Below, one piece after another: positions 26,401-36,810 of a stretch of 64,000 nt of DNA (the first letter of the stretch is position 1; each line of letters starts with the position of its first letter). Origin of the DNA: Iphione sp. A-MEVVRFRX5 (Eukaryota); NCBI GenBank assembly GCA_976226885.1, contig OZ320315.1, forward strand, positions 79,546,001 through 79,610,000, in the 5' to 3' direction. Below the pieces are notes generated by a model. The model was given only the letters and a program-made list of their open reading frames with translations. It made no database searches and was not told the origin of the DNA. The position numbers and the translations under genes were made by a program.

Positions 26401-29400
26401 CGCCGCACTCTCAAAAGCAGCGCCGATTCCTTAGGCCCTCACAAACCCTGGCGATCTGCCGGGCCGCTGGCTACAAACCCATATCATATCACCTGCACAC
26501 CCACCCAAGCAATAAAGCTAGGTGGGCTGAGCGCCAAATGCCTAGGCCGCGGTTCGTAATCTCAGTTTGATTTGAAAAGGCTGCTGAACGCCAGTGAATA
26601 CACCGGCTTCCTGTTGCCATCACAGTCACTTGTGGATAAGGAAACAAGGTTTTAAAAAAAAACTGACACAAAAAAGGAGGAAATATTGAGAGCGTTGAAA
26701 TTCGAGACTCAAAAAACAGAAAGTCAGAGTACGTTTTCTTTGGTGAAATGAGATCAGGCTAACTCGTGTAAAATCAGCATACTTTCATGCCAGTCAGGCA
26801 CAACTTGGCAACGAATTTTCAAGGTAGATTACACAAGCAGAAGGAAGGTTTGAAGCTCACTGAAATAAAAGGATTTGGGATCAGTTTAATGTAACATGGA
26901 ATATACAATCTTGTATGAAAATCAAACAGATGAATCTCAATTACATAAAAAATATACTGCAAATACTGACTTTAACACTGTTCAGTTTATAAACGACAAA
27001 CAGGTACTGAGTTACGTCCACCTCAAATATGATATATGCATTTATATTTTTAGCAGCTTTATGATAAGTAGTCCCGAGAGAGATTATGACAGACTCATCA
27101 ATCTAATACAGATTAAATTGATAAATCCATTGACAGGCTTTCATAGCTTAAAGTGGGCATTTGTCGTCATGATTGAGGTTCAACATCAAGATAGTGTAAA
27201 TAACGGGTTTTCAAAGCTATTTTCATTCAGAGGGTTAAAACAAATGACCAGTTCCCTATATAATCCTACATATGAGAAAACGGAACTATGGGTAGCTGAA
27301 AAATACAGTCATCAGTTGCGTCATTATCGGCCATGAACCAGCATTTCACATCAACAATATGGTCAGGCACTAATAATCTGATGGGGGACTTCAAGCTTGG
27401 GCAGGCGGCAGCTCAATGAAAGGCAGTAACAAAGGATGTTAGTGTTGGGAGGGGGGTGGCCTTATCAGACAGTTGCTTAATTACTTCAGTCAGTCGCACA
27501 TCTTACATAATAGCTATAAATCAAGCAGCCTCCTCGGAAATAATGCAAAATCATAAAATCTGCATTGGAAATGGAGGAGCTCAATGACGACGGTTCTTGT
27601 TTGAATATCATCAGGATTGTGGTTTGACAGGCTATTGTGGTCATTTTTGGTCCTAAAGGTGAGTGACCGTGTTGTCAAGGTTCCACCGTACTAGTAGTAG
27701 TACACCAGTCCGCCCTGCCCTGACCTCCTTAATGCCCTGTCCTACTACGTGTACATGTATACGGGATGCTGTCTGGTATGGCTAGGGCCAGGATATCTCC
27801 ATATATGAATAACTCCCCGTTCACTTCAGCACAGGAGCTTAAGGGGGCCACCATTCCAAACCTCAAGGCAACACTGCCCAGCGCAGCTCATGTCTTCCAT
27901 GCCAAGTATTCAAGGCGCCCCTCTCCCATCTGAAGTAACCAGCAAATTCAATCGATAGTGTCCACGCGATTTGCCTGGTTGTATAAAATGCCAGGACAGG
28001 CGAGCGCTTCTTTCATATCACTCTCGTAGCATGTCTGACAAAGGCTGTCGTGCCGTATTGTTTACGACTGGATGCATTTGGTCTTTGTGGAAGCGGTCCT
28101 CTCCGTGTTTTGTCATGGCAACACGTATGAGACAGCAGATAACTGGCAGGCAGGTCTCCGATGCTGTTCATCTTGTACGTAGATGAGGAGAGTGTCTACC
28201 TGGCTACCTCTGCTTGATAATACGTACTTCGAAAATCCATCCAGTAAGGTGATGCTATCATTGGAAAAGGTACAAATTGTATATGTGACGTTCTACGAGT
28301 AGCGATGGAGCAGTCCGAGTTTTCATTGAGGAAGAGCAGCTATCTCCTCTCAGCTTTCCTAACCAAAGAGTTGACGAGAGGTAAATATAGGCGACCTGTA
28401 GGGCACGTTTGAGGTCGTTGGTTCCCATGGGAACATGCATGCAGTTGCCAAACATGCAGGCCACTGGCCAGTTTGAGTGTACCCTCATACTGGCGGGTAC
28501 GAATACGGGGAGGGGGGCATGCACTCTCTACCCCTTATCAAATGACAAAATAATGTCACTGTGTACAAGACTGCGTGCAAAGGGCTATCTGGAAGGACTA
28601 CAGGCAACGTGGGAGTGTAGACTGTGCAAGGTTAAAAGTTTTTAGTTACAAAAACTTTGAAGTGAAATATGCGCCCCTCCCAGTACGAAGCACGTTCGCC
28701 CCATCCGTCAACTTTTGCCTTCTTAAAAACAGTCCTCGAGTTTAAAACGATTTCAAGCACTTCTGAAGGCAAAAAAAAGTGACAGAAGGCAGTGCCCTTG
28801 GCTGTTATAACAGCAAATCCTCCCCCAAATGGACCGAGGTAGTTTGTCGATTGATGGGCGCCGGCTTGACGTAGCGAAAACTTAGCACTCAGACGAAGGG
28901 ATAAAAACACAGCTGAGGGAGGGGATTTAGCACCATTTGGTGCTGTATGGAGCCGGCGGTGATGGTGGTCGTGGTGGTGATGGACCTGCTGCTGTTGCTG
29001 CTGCTGCTGATGGTGGTCGTGGTGGGACCCACTGTCCTCCCATCTGTGCCCAGGGCAGTGGGAGGGGCTAAGCAGCAGGTCGCCACCTACAGCCCTGTCA
29101 TTGAAACAATTGAGACCCACCCGCAGCACGGGGACCCACGACCCGAGTGCAAAAAGCACAGCCCTTTTCATGTGACAATCGCAGCCGCCATGTCTTAATT
29201 GATATCTCAGCTGATAAAAGGCCACCGGTTAAGTTCACGGGTGCAGAGGTTGTCATACGTTGGACTCCCCTATGCAATTGATTAGGGGCCAGCGCTGGTG
29301 GGGGTTATGGTGGGGGAGGTTTCAGGGGAAACCTCATCAGTGCCAATTTACGCAGCTCTTGGCTGTGTTCATGCCCCGTGTCCAGTCAAGCTGCTGCTAA

Positions 29401-30334
29401 TCATACGCCTGGCTTTCATCTAGGCCACGCTGGATAAGATTTTGTTCTACTTACTAATAATAATTTACCCGGGGGAGGGGTATGTCTGAAGATTACCTTG
29501 TTTATTAGTACATTGCGTTTCCTGTCCTATTTAATTGGCGGTGGGATACATGTCCAGGTAAATAAATATACATGTACATGTATGATGAGGATGAGTAGAA
29601 ACTAACTTATTTCATTTTCACATTTTGGATGTTTTTACAAGTTGGAGTCTTGACTGTGCTCTTGATTCGTCCTGGAATGGTACCCTTTTTAATATTTATA
29701 TAAGGGTAAAAATCATATTTGGGATGAAGATTACGTACTCACTCAAGGGCGACCTGGTAATCCAGGTCATACTCTATTTTACGTTCCATAATTACCCATG
29801 TAACTGTATCAGAATTTAATCTGAAGGCGATGACTGCCACCCAAGTAGTTTACCTGCCAAAGCCAAGACCTTAAGAATAGGCATATATTGTGCAATATCT
29901 CTTTGCCTTGACGAGGTGTGATTTTAATCATAACATTGGAAAGCCCGTTCCTCATTTATAGTACGATCTTCTTGCAGGAAGACGCGCGCAGAATTTATTT
30001 GTTGTTTTTTCCCGGCTCAAATAGGAACTTGAGGTATTTGTTTACCAGGAGTCCTATTTTGGGCCACCTCTTGCTGTTGGTCTAGTGTCGTGCCTTCCTA
30101 CAATGATGTGCACTACAACAAAGGGAGATGTGTGTCTCTATTCGTACCTGAAGAATGCAGGGGTGGGGAGGGGGTGTTATTTTGAATTGCCGACTGGTTT
30201 ACTGACCTGCTGGCATCATACATATCAGACGAGAAGGGAAAGGTGGCACAGTTTGATGATCAGTTTATTCCGCAGACAATGGATCCTTACTTTTGGAAAA
30301 AGTCGGACGACATTCCAAGTGTGCGCGGAGGTAG

Positions 30335-30493
30335 NNNNNNNNNNNNNNNNNNNNNNNNNNNNNNNNNNNNNNNNNNNNNNNNNNNNNNNNNNNNNNNNNN
30401 NNNNNNNNNNNNNNNNNNNNNNNNNNNNNNNNNNNNNNNNNNNNNNNNNNNNNNNNNNNNNNNNNNNNNNNNNNNNNNNNNNNNNNNNNNNNN
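30335..30493. other. Assembly gap (159 N)
   Basis: Run of N. Confidence 0.99.
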
Positions 30494-32025
30494 GTTTCTC
30501 CGATCATGTAACGTCTCGTGCCAATTCCTATTAACCTTGGGAGCGTCGGATTTAAATATTTCATGTTTAAAGCCCCACTTGGAACCCCCTTGTTGGTCTT
30601 AAACGTGCAAAGTAATATCGCATGTGTCTCGCATTCATTTATACTGTAGCACATCTTCTATTTTCATAGTACCGTGAAGCTTCAACGATGAGACATGTTC
30701 AGCTGACCTATTTTGTATCCTATTTAGAGCCACCTGTGTACGGAAACTTCTGCTGGCGCCCTCAAGACGCACTCAGATAATGAGCACCTATTGTCCTGAT
30801 CGTAAGAGGGATAAACGCGTAAAAATGAGTGACGATACTGAAAGATATATCTTGCGATGATACTGAAAAAAGAGTTTCTTTCAAAAGCAAGGAACTGAGT
30901 GGAGACAAACTAAAAAATGTGCTAGAAAATTGTATACTTATGTTTGATGGTTTATGAGAAAAAGGCATCAAGGTCTGACGAAGCACACGCATGAGGGGGA
31001 AAAGACCTGTGTATCGTTGGCTGCAGCTTAATTGGCATCAAATGGTTAAATGGGTTGCTTTAGAAATGTCCGGCCGCGTTGATCGTTATTCGTGCCCTTA
31101 TGAAGGCTTTGCTTTACTAAACATTGATTTATTTGGATAGAATAGGGGTTTGTTTAGCTGCATCCTTCACAACCATTTCCTTGAATGTTGGAAACTGATT
31201 CTTGCTTTGACTACGGTTTCCTTCTCTCCTATCATCCAAGTCTTTGTATATCCAGCAAATGACCTTCAAAGTTGATCAGAAATTTTTCAGAATATTTTAC
31301 AACGATTGGACGTATGTTCGGTTTGATTACACAAATATTACGGGCGTACACGCGCACGCACGCACACACACACACACACTTTCTCTGGTACAGCCGCACC
31401 GATTAATTGAGTTTGAGCTGAACGTCTGTGTGCAATGATCATCTAAGGCTTAATTTGGAAAGAAACTATGGTTACAACATATGTCAAAATCATTACAGTT
31501 GAAATGAAAAAAGTCCACCTACACTAAAAGTAATTAATCAATGGTGAGTGTACAAATGTCTAGTTCAAACCATGCAGAAACAGGTCTATGTTCTTTCTCT
31601 ATGCTCTTTCTCTATGCTCCAAATGTGGAACTTTGGGTGTTTAGACATGTGTGACAGACATCCAATACCCAGCATTATAGGAATTGAATGTAACTTGAAC
31701 TAATTAGACGTGTACGTGTGTAGGGTTGTACACGCACGCGTGCGTGCCTTTTCTAATCTCCGTCGTAGCCTCCACCATAGAAAACCTTATCCATAACGTG
31801 TCCATGTAAAGTCCAAGTTGTGCGGCTTATGAGTTCACAGGCACACACAAACAAGCACACACACTAGCACCCAACAAGGCCGCACTCAGATATGACTACC
31901 ACATGCAGTAACCAGGCATGCATTCACACATGCGCTCAAAGGGACTCTCCCTCTTCCCTGTGTGCCACCAACGGTTTTGCACCCTTGGCGAACAAGACTT
32001 CCCCGTTGACTCTCTCCTCCTGCAG

Positions 32026-32122
32026 CTTGCTCCCGTGCGTGGCCTCACCTGAGGAGATCAAAGCGTGACGACACGCCCACCTGGAAGGTGGTGAACCAGT
32101 TGTACTGGATGACCGCCCACAG
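32026..32122 (+). CDS. Candidate internal exon, phase 1/2 (CSRAWPHLRRSKRDDTPTWKVVNQLYWMTAHR)
   Basis: Acceptor ctctctcctcctgcAG and donor CAG|GTATTT. Only one frame is open and it has G/C-ending codons. Confidence 0.35.
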
Positions 32123-33121
32123 GTATTTCCAAGCAGGTGCAAATTGCCGTTGCAAACCCTCGTATTTCACACACGCACGCACCAAGATTGCTCTTTTAGG
32201 GGTAAATTAGTAAAGCAGGTCAACTCTGATGCTCATTTGATGATTTCATCTGACGCTGTATTTGATAAGTATCCATAAGTGGTGCGTGCGTTTGGAAATA
32301 GGCTTATTTTGGGGTGAATGTTTGATTCTCTAGGTAAAAGCTGATATACTGTTATGTGGATATTATCAGGTGTGCCTAGAAGGAAGTGGTACCTGTATTC
32401 GCCTGGCTCTCCCTTTACTTTTGTTATGGAGCTTTTGTAACAGACTGTTCCTCTGATCCTCCCCGTGTAACCTACCATGTTTCATGTTTGAGTTGATCAT
32501 AAAGCTTTCACACCTGTGTGGGTCATACAGGTGCGTGGTTCAGGTAATGTAGAGTGTAGGAGTAAGCGTCCCCCTTGAGATCTACCACAGAAATGCTGGA
32601 AGGCTGAAAGAATCAAGTGACTGTTTCGTAGCACCTGAAGGCAGCACCGCATAGTGTATACCATATTCACCGATGACGACTTGAAATATAGGATTCGTAG
32701 AGCAGTATATGTAGTGTCCGTTACATCGATCTGTTAACGTTTAGCAACAACTTAAATGAATGAATTGTGCTGGCAAAACACAATATTTTCTTTCATGAGT
32801 TTTAAATCCCGAGACCGCCTTTCTAAGGAGAATGGGGCAACTAATGAATGAGGGCATAAAACAATAAAACCGTTGTTTTCCGTGAGATGTGTGATTTTAT
32901 TACCAAGTACCTCGTTCTTACAATAAGAACGAAGTTTGAGATCTCCCCTTTCATCGAGTCGTGATGCGCCATTATTTACTCGCAATGTTTCCTCTCCCTT
33001 TTTAGTGATTAAGCGGATGTCTTTTTCATACAATTTTTCTATGAAAATAACCAGCTCCTGTGGCTCCTTTGCCATAATGATGTTTGAGGGTAATTCAGCA
33101 GGTAAAATTGTGTTTACTTAA

Positions 33122-33137
33122 CCCAATCACGGCGGCA
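33122..33137 (+). repeat. piggyBac left terminal inverted repeat
   Basis: CCCAATCACGGCGGCA directly follows TTAA. Confidence 0.9.
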
Positions 33138-33141
33138 CCGT

Positions 33142-33219
33142 GCAAAAATGCACTCCCGCGGTGGAGCGGGACAGTGCGTTTTTGTGCTCCCGTGGCACGG
33201 CGAGACTGTGCATTTTTGT
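33142..33219. repeat. piggyBac left subterminal direct and inverted repeats
   Basis: GCAAAAATGCAC at 33142 has inverted partners GTGCGTTTTTGT (33174) and GTGCATTTTTGT (33208), which lie in two imperfect 34-bp direct units. A related GAAAATGCACGC occurs near the right end at about 36741. Confidence 0.75.
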
Positions 33220-33501
33220 CAATTTTGAACGTGACTAATAGAATCTATTAGTAAATCATGTACAGTGAGGTATTTTGTCATGAATCTTTAGAAAACTAAA
33301 GACAATGCCATGTAAATCTGTTTCAAAACATCGGCAAGATGAGATATGCTCTATGACGTGGAAACATTCGATTTTATTCACAACGCGCGTTGTTGTCGGC
33401 TGGTGCTTGCTGTGCTGCCGGCCAACTAACCAGACACCACACGTTCTCTCTCTCTCTGGGAAATTAATATTCATCTAAGTCAGCCTTGTGGTGACAAAAG
33501 T

Positions 33502-35583
33502 ATGGAATTTTCGTCTGATTCAGACTCAGAGGATGATATTTGCTTGTCAAAGTTAAGATTGAGGGAAGAAGGCATAGGAGAGGACACAGATGCTGAATAT
33601 ATTGAAGAATCCACAGATTCTGATGAGGATGAACCCATTGCAGATCTTGTCCCTCTATCAAGACAAAGGCAGAATGAAGAAGATCCAGTTTCTAATGATG
33701 AAACAGAAGAGGAGGAGGAAGTTTCATGGCAAAAGGTACCCATGGATACAGAGTATGTGGAGAAGACACCCTTTGATGCCTCAGAGACAGGAATCAAGAA
33801 AGATGTGAAGGTTGGCAAGGACAGCAAAGCCATACAATTTTTTCAGCTGTTCCTAACAACATCCCTGTTCACACACATTATGAACATGACCAACCTATAT
33901 GCCTCCACCCACAGAGAGGAGGAACCAGAGAAACACAAGATGGACTGGAAACCGGTGGACCCTCATGACCTATCTGGATTTTTTGGACTTGCCTTCATAG
34001 TGGGTTTGGTGAAGAAACCTCAAATCAAAGACTACTGGTCTACACTCTTGGCCATAGCTACACCAGTGTTTGGGACAATGATGAAGAGAGACCGGTTTTG
34101 TCAAATTTTGAGGTATGTAGGCCTATACAACTGTAGAAATATTTATTCAAATATTTGGGATTAATTTATGCTATGGTGCTTTCAGTGGAATACATACTGG
34201 TATTATGGTGATCTATACATCTCACAACTTTCCTATTTCATATTTCAGGTATCTCTGTGCATATGACCCTGCCAAAGTCCCAGGAAAAGATGATCCGGCT
34301 AACACCCCTACATGGAAAGTACAACACCTGGTGTCTGAGTTCAACAAGGCTACCACTGCTACCTATACACCAAGGAGAGAATTGGCTGTTGATGAGTCTA
34401 TGGTAGGATTCAAGGGCAGGATGAAAATGAAGCAGTATATGCCAAGGAAGCGTTCAAAGTGGGGCTTGAAGTGCTGGTGCCTGGCAGAATCAGCTACTGG
34501 TTAGTAATGCCCTTCATATTACCACCATTATTTTTTTCATGTCTATAGAATAGAAAATGGTTGAACCAGAATGATCATATTTAGAAATGAATTTATTTCA
34601 GAATGAAATTCATTTATTTTCTCTATAGTCAGACTCTCCATTATATCTCTTCAGGGTACATCCTGCAACTTGAACCCTACCATGGAAGGGAGGACCGTGG
34701 CCGGACTGGATTAGCAGAATTTGTGGTTGTTCAACTGATGAAGACAGCTAGGTTGCTAGGAAAGGGATTCATTGTATTTCTAGACAATTTTTATACATCA
34801 GTAACTCTTCTCCAGAAACTTTCAAATTTCAACACTCTAGCATGTGGGACAGTGAGGAAGTCTAGGAAGCTGCTACCTAAAAACCTCATGACAGCTAATC
34901 CTCCTGGACTGGGCACAGGCAGAGGGTCAGTTATTTTCAGGAAATTAGGTGAAATTGTTCTGACTCTTTGGAGGGACAAGGAGGTAGTTGGTGTCCTGTC
35001 AACTGCTCATGGCACCACTATGGGAGAGACCACCAGGCTAATGAAAAACAAGGAAACTGGTCGGTTTGAGAGAACAACTGTCCCCTACCCTGACTCTGTA
35101 AAGGCATACACCAAGTGGATGGGTGGGGTAGACCTCGCCGACCAGCTAAAAGGGTATTACTATTTCAGTAGGAAAACAAAAAAATGGAATATAAAATTCT
35201 TTTGGCATCTGGTAGAAGTTTGCAAAGTAAATGCCAACATTTTGATGAATAGATTCCAGAAGAAACCTCAATCACTGCGCAAATTTACACTCTTATTGAT
35301 TGATTGTCTACTGCAGAATGCCAATCCACCCCAGGTAACCAGGCCCCTCCCCCTAGCATTGTCCCACAACCGGTTGACCTCCAGGTGTTTACCCACTGCA
35401 TTTGCTAGGAGGAGTGTGTGCAGAGTGTGCTATCATAGGCAAAAGAAGGGACTGATAGAGCGTGCTAGCCAGACTAAATATGGTTGTGACACCTGTAATG
35501 TACACCTATGCATTCCTGTGTGCTTCAGGGCTTACCACACACAGAAGGATTTTGTCAATCATCCACTATGCAATGAGGCATGA
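33502..35583 (+). CDS. piggyBac transposase, join(33502..34112,34249..34499,34655..35583), 596 aa
   Basis: Three ORF-track pieces join in frame through GT-AG introns (ILR|YLCAYD and ESATG|YILQ); 611+251+929=1791 nt. Motifs: acidic N-terminus, LAVDESMVGFKGR (D252), FLDNFYTS (D331), MGGVDLAD (D447/D450) and CRVC...CDTCNVHLCIPVCFRAYH. The spliced frame has no stops or frameshifts. Confidence 0.93.
34113..34248 (+). other. Transposase intron 1 (136 bp, phase 2)
   Basis: Donor AG|GTATGT and acceptor ttcctatttcatatttcAG|G. The intron is AT-rich, contains an in-frame stop and its length is not divisible by 3. Confidence 0.9.
34500..34654 (+). other. Transposase intron 2 (155 bp, phase 1)
   Basis: Donor CTG|GTTAGT and acceptor ttatatctcttcAG|GG. 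Removal restores the conserved piggyBac ESATGY motif. Confidence 0.9.
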
Positions 35584-35609
35584 GTACAAAATGCACAGGA
35601 AGAAAATGA

Positions 35610-35615
35610 AATAAA
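35610..35615 (+). terminator. Candidate polyadenylation signal of the transposase (second candidate at 35935-35940)
   Basis: AATAAA lies 27 nt after the transposase stop codon. Confidence 0.45.
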
Positions 35616-36082
35616 ATGTTCAAACTTACCTCTGTGTACTGCATTACAACTCCTTCTAGAGTAAATCCACTTATTATATTGATCACAATATCCTGGCATA
35701 ATCCACTGTCAGCATAGCCATCCATGGTGAAAACAATTCATAGTGGTAATCCATTTGTAGTGGTAATCCAATTGTTCATGGTAATCCATATGTTATAGTC
35801 CAAGTACAGTAAATAAGAAATCCCCTTCATAATCTCAAGAGATACAATAATTCATCCAGTGGAAAATAAAATCCTACCCTCTAATGATATATTACTACTA
35901 GGATATTGTTCTCATCTGCAAACATATCTTATTCAATAAAGATTAAATTTAAAAATAATCTAGTGGGCTATCCCTTTAGAAATATCATTGTGACCATACA
36001 CCTAAGAGGATGTTGAAAAAAACTCAACATGAATGTGAAAAAAAAATTAATCAAAATATCTTGTGAGGGTTGTTCTATTATG

Positions 36083-36676
36083 ATATATCCAGTCCCAGCT
36101 AAGCAGTCTAGAAAGAAAACATTTCGATTTGACTCCAAAATTGAGTTATTTCAATGCAAAATACCTTCATGCCGACCAGAATATCTATATTTTACTTAGG
36201 TGATCCACAACTCTGTCTGACAATTGCTTTGATAATCATAAACCATGATTTACTAAACACTTAACAGCATGACGTCTTTCTCTGTTCTGTACATACATCC
36301 AGTCCCAGCTAAGCAGTCTAGGGAGAAAACATTTCGTTTAGACCTTAAAAATTTGTTATTTCCAACCAAAATACTTCCATGCCCACGAAAATATCTATAT
36401 TTTACTTAGGTGATCCACAATTTTGTCTGACAATTGATATCCTATTCATAAACTATGATTTACTCAAAACTTTACAGCATGACGCCTTCCTCTGTTCTGT
36501 AGATATATCCAGTCGCAGCTAAGAAGTCTAGAGAGAAAACATTTCAATTTGACTCTAAAATTGAGTTATTTCAATGCAAAATACCTTCATGCCGACCAGA
36601 ATATCCATATTTTACTAAGGTGATCCACAATTCTGTATGAAAGTTCCTTTGGTAATCATAAACTATGATTTACTAA
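36083..36676 (+). repeat. About 2.8 copies of a 210-bp tandem repeat in the 3' subterminal region of the transposon
   Basis: AGTC(C/G)CAGCTAAG recurs at 36091, 36301 and 36511, and GGTGATCCACAA and ATGATTTACT recur at the same 210-bp period. Confidence 0.92.
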
Positions 36677-36794
36677 CAACAGGTCGAACTGCAAGCACGA
36701 AAAAAGCGTTATGACGCTGTATACCATTCGCCCTCTATCGGAAAATGCACGCAGTACTGCTGCGCCGCCTGACGGCTTGTAGCGCCACTACCCC

Positions 36795-36810
36795 TGCCGC
36801 CGTCAAAGGG
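36795..36810 (-). repeat. piggyBac right terminal inverted repeat
   Basis: TGCCGCCGTCAAAGGG directly precedes TTAA; its reverse complement is CCCTTTGACGGCGGCA. Confidence 0.9.

Larger units (their letters stand above)
33122..36810 (+). mobile_element. Full-length, apparently autonomous piggyBac-superfamily DNA transposon (3,689 bp)
   Basis: Flanked by TTAA at 33118-33121 and 36811-36814. The left end CCCAATCACGGCGGCA and the reverse-complemented right end CCCTTTGACGGCGGCA match at 13/16. It contains a spliced piggyBac transposase ORF with DDD triad and Cys-rich C-terminus. Confidence 0.96.

Noticed and set aside
26896-27336. 146-aa AT-rich ORF
   Set aside because: No recognisable motif, no codon bias and no supporting splice signals.
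28928-28945. miR-29-like sequence TAGCACCATTTG
   Set aside because: The match stops after 12 nt and is part of a short local palindrome, not a pre-miRNA hairpin.
28632-29225. Poly-Q/poly-H ORF (minus) and signal-peptide-like ORF (plus)
   Set aside because: Both derive from a CTG/GTG low-complexity tract, with no convincing splice sites or domain.
30085-30654. ORFs spanning the N gaps (also 48686-49123)
   Set aside because: Their length is an artefact of Ns translated as X.
32066-32090. DDTPTWKV resembles the transposase segment DDPANTPTWKV
   Set aside because: The match is too short and the flanks share no similarity; treated as coincidence.
33502-35583. Domesticated PGBD5 or another PGBD gene
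   Set aside because: Intact TIRs, TTAA duplications, a full DDD triad and a CRD indicate a transposon. PGBD5 lacks TIRs and the CRD.
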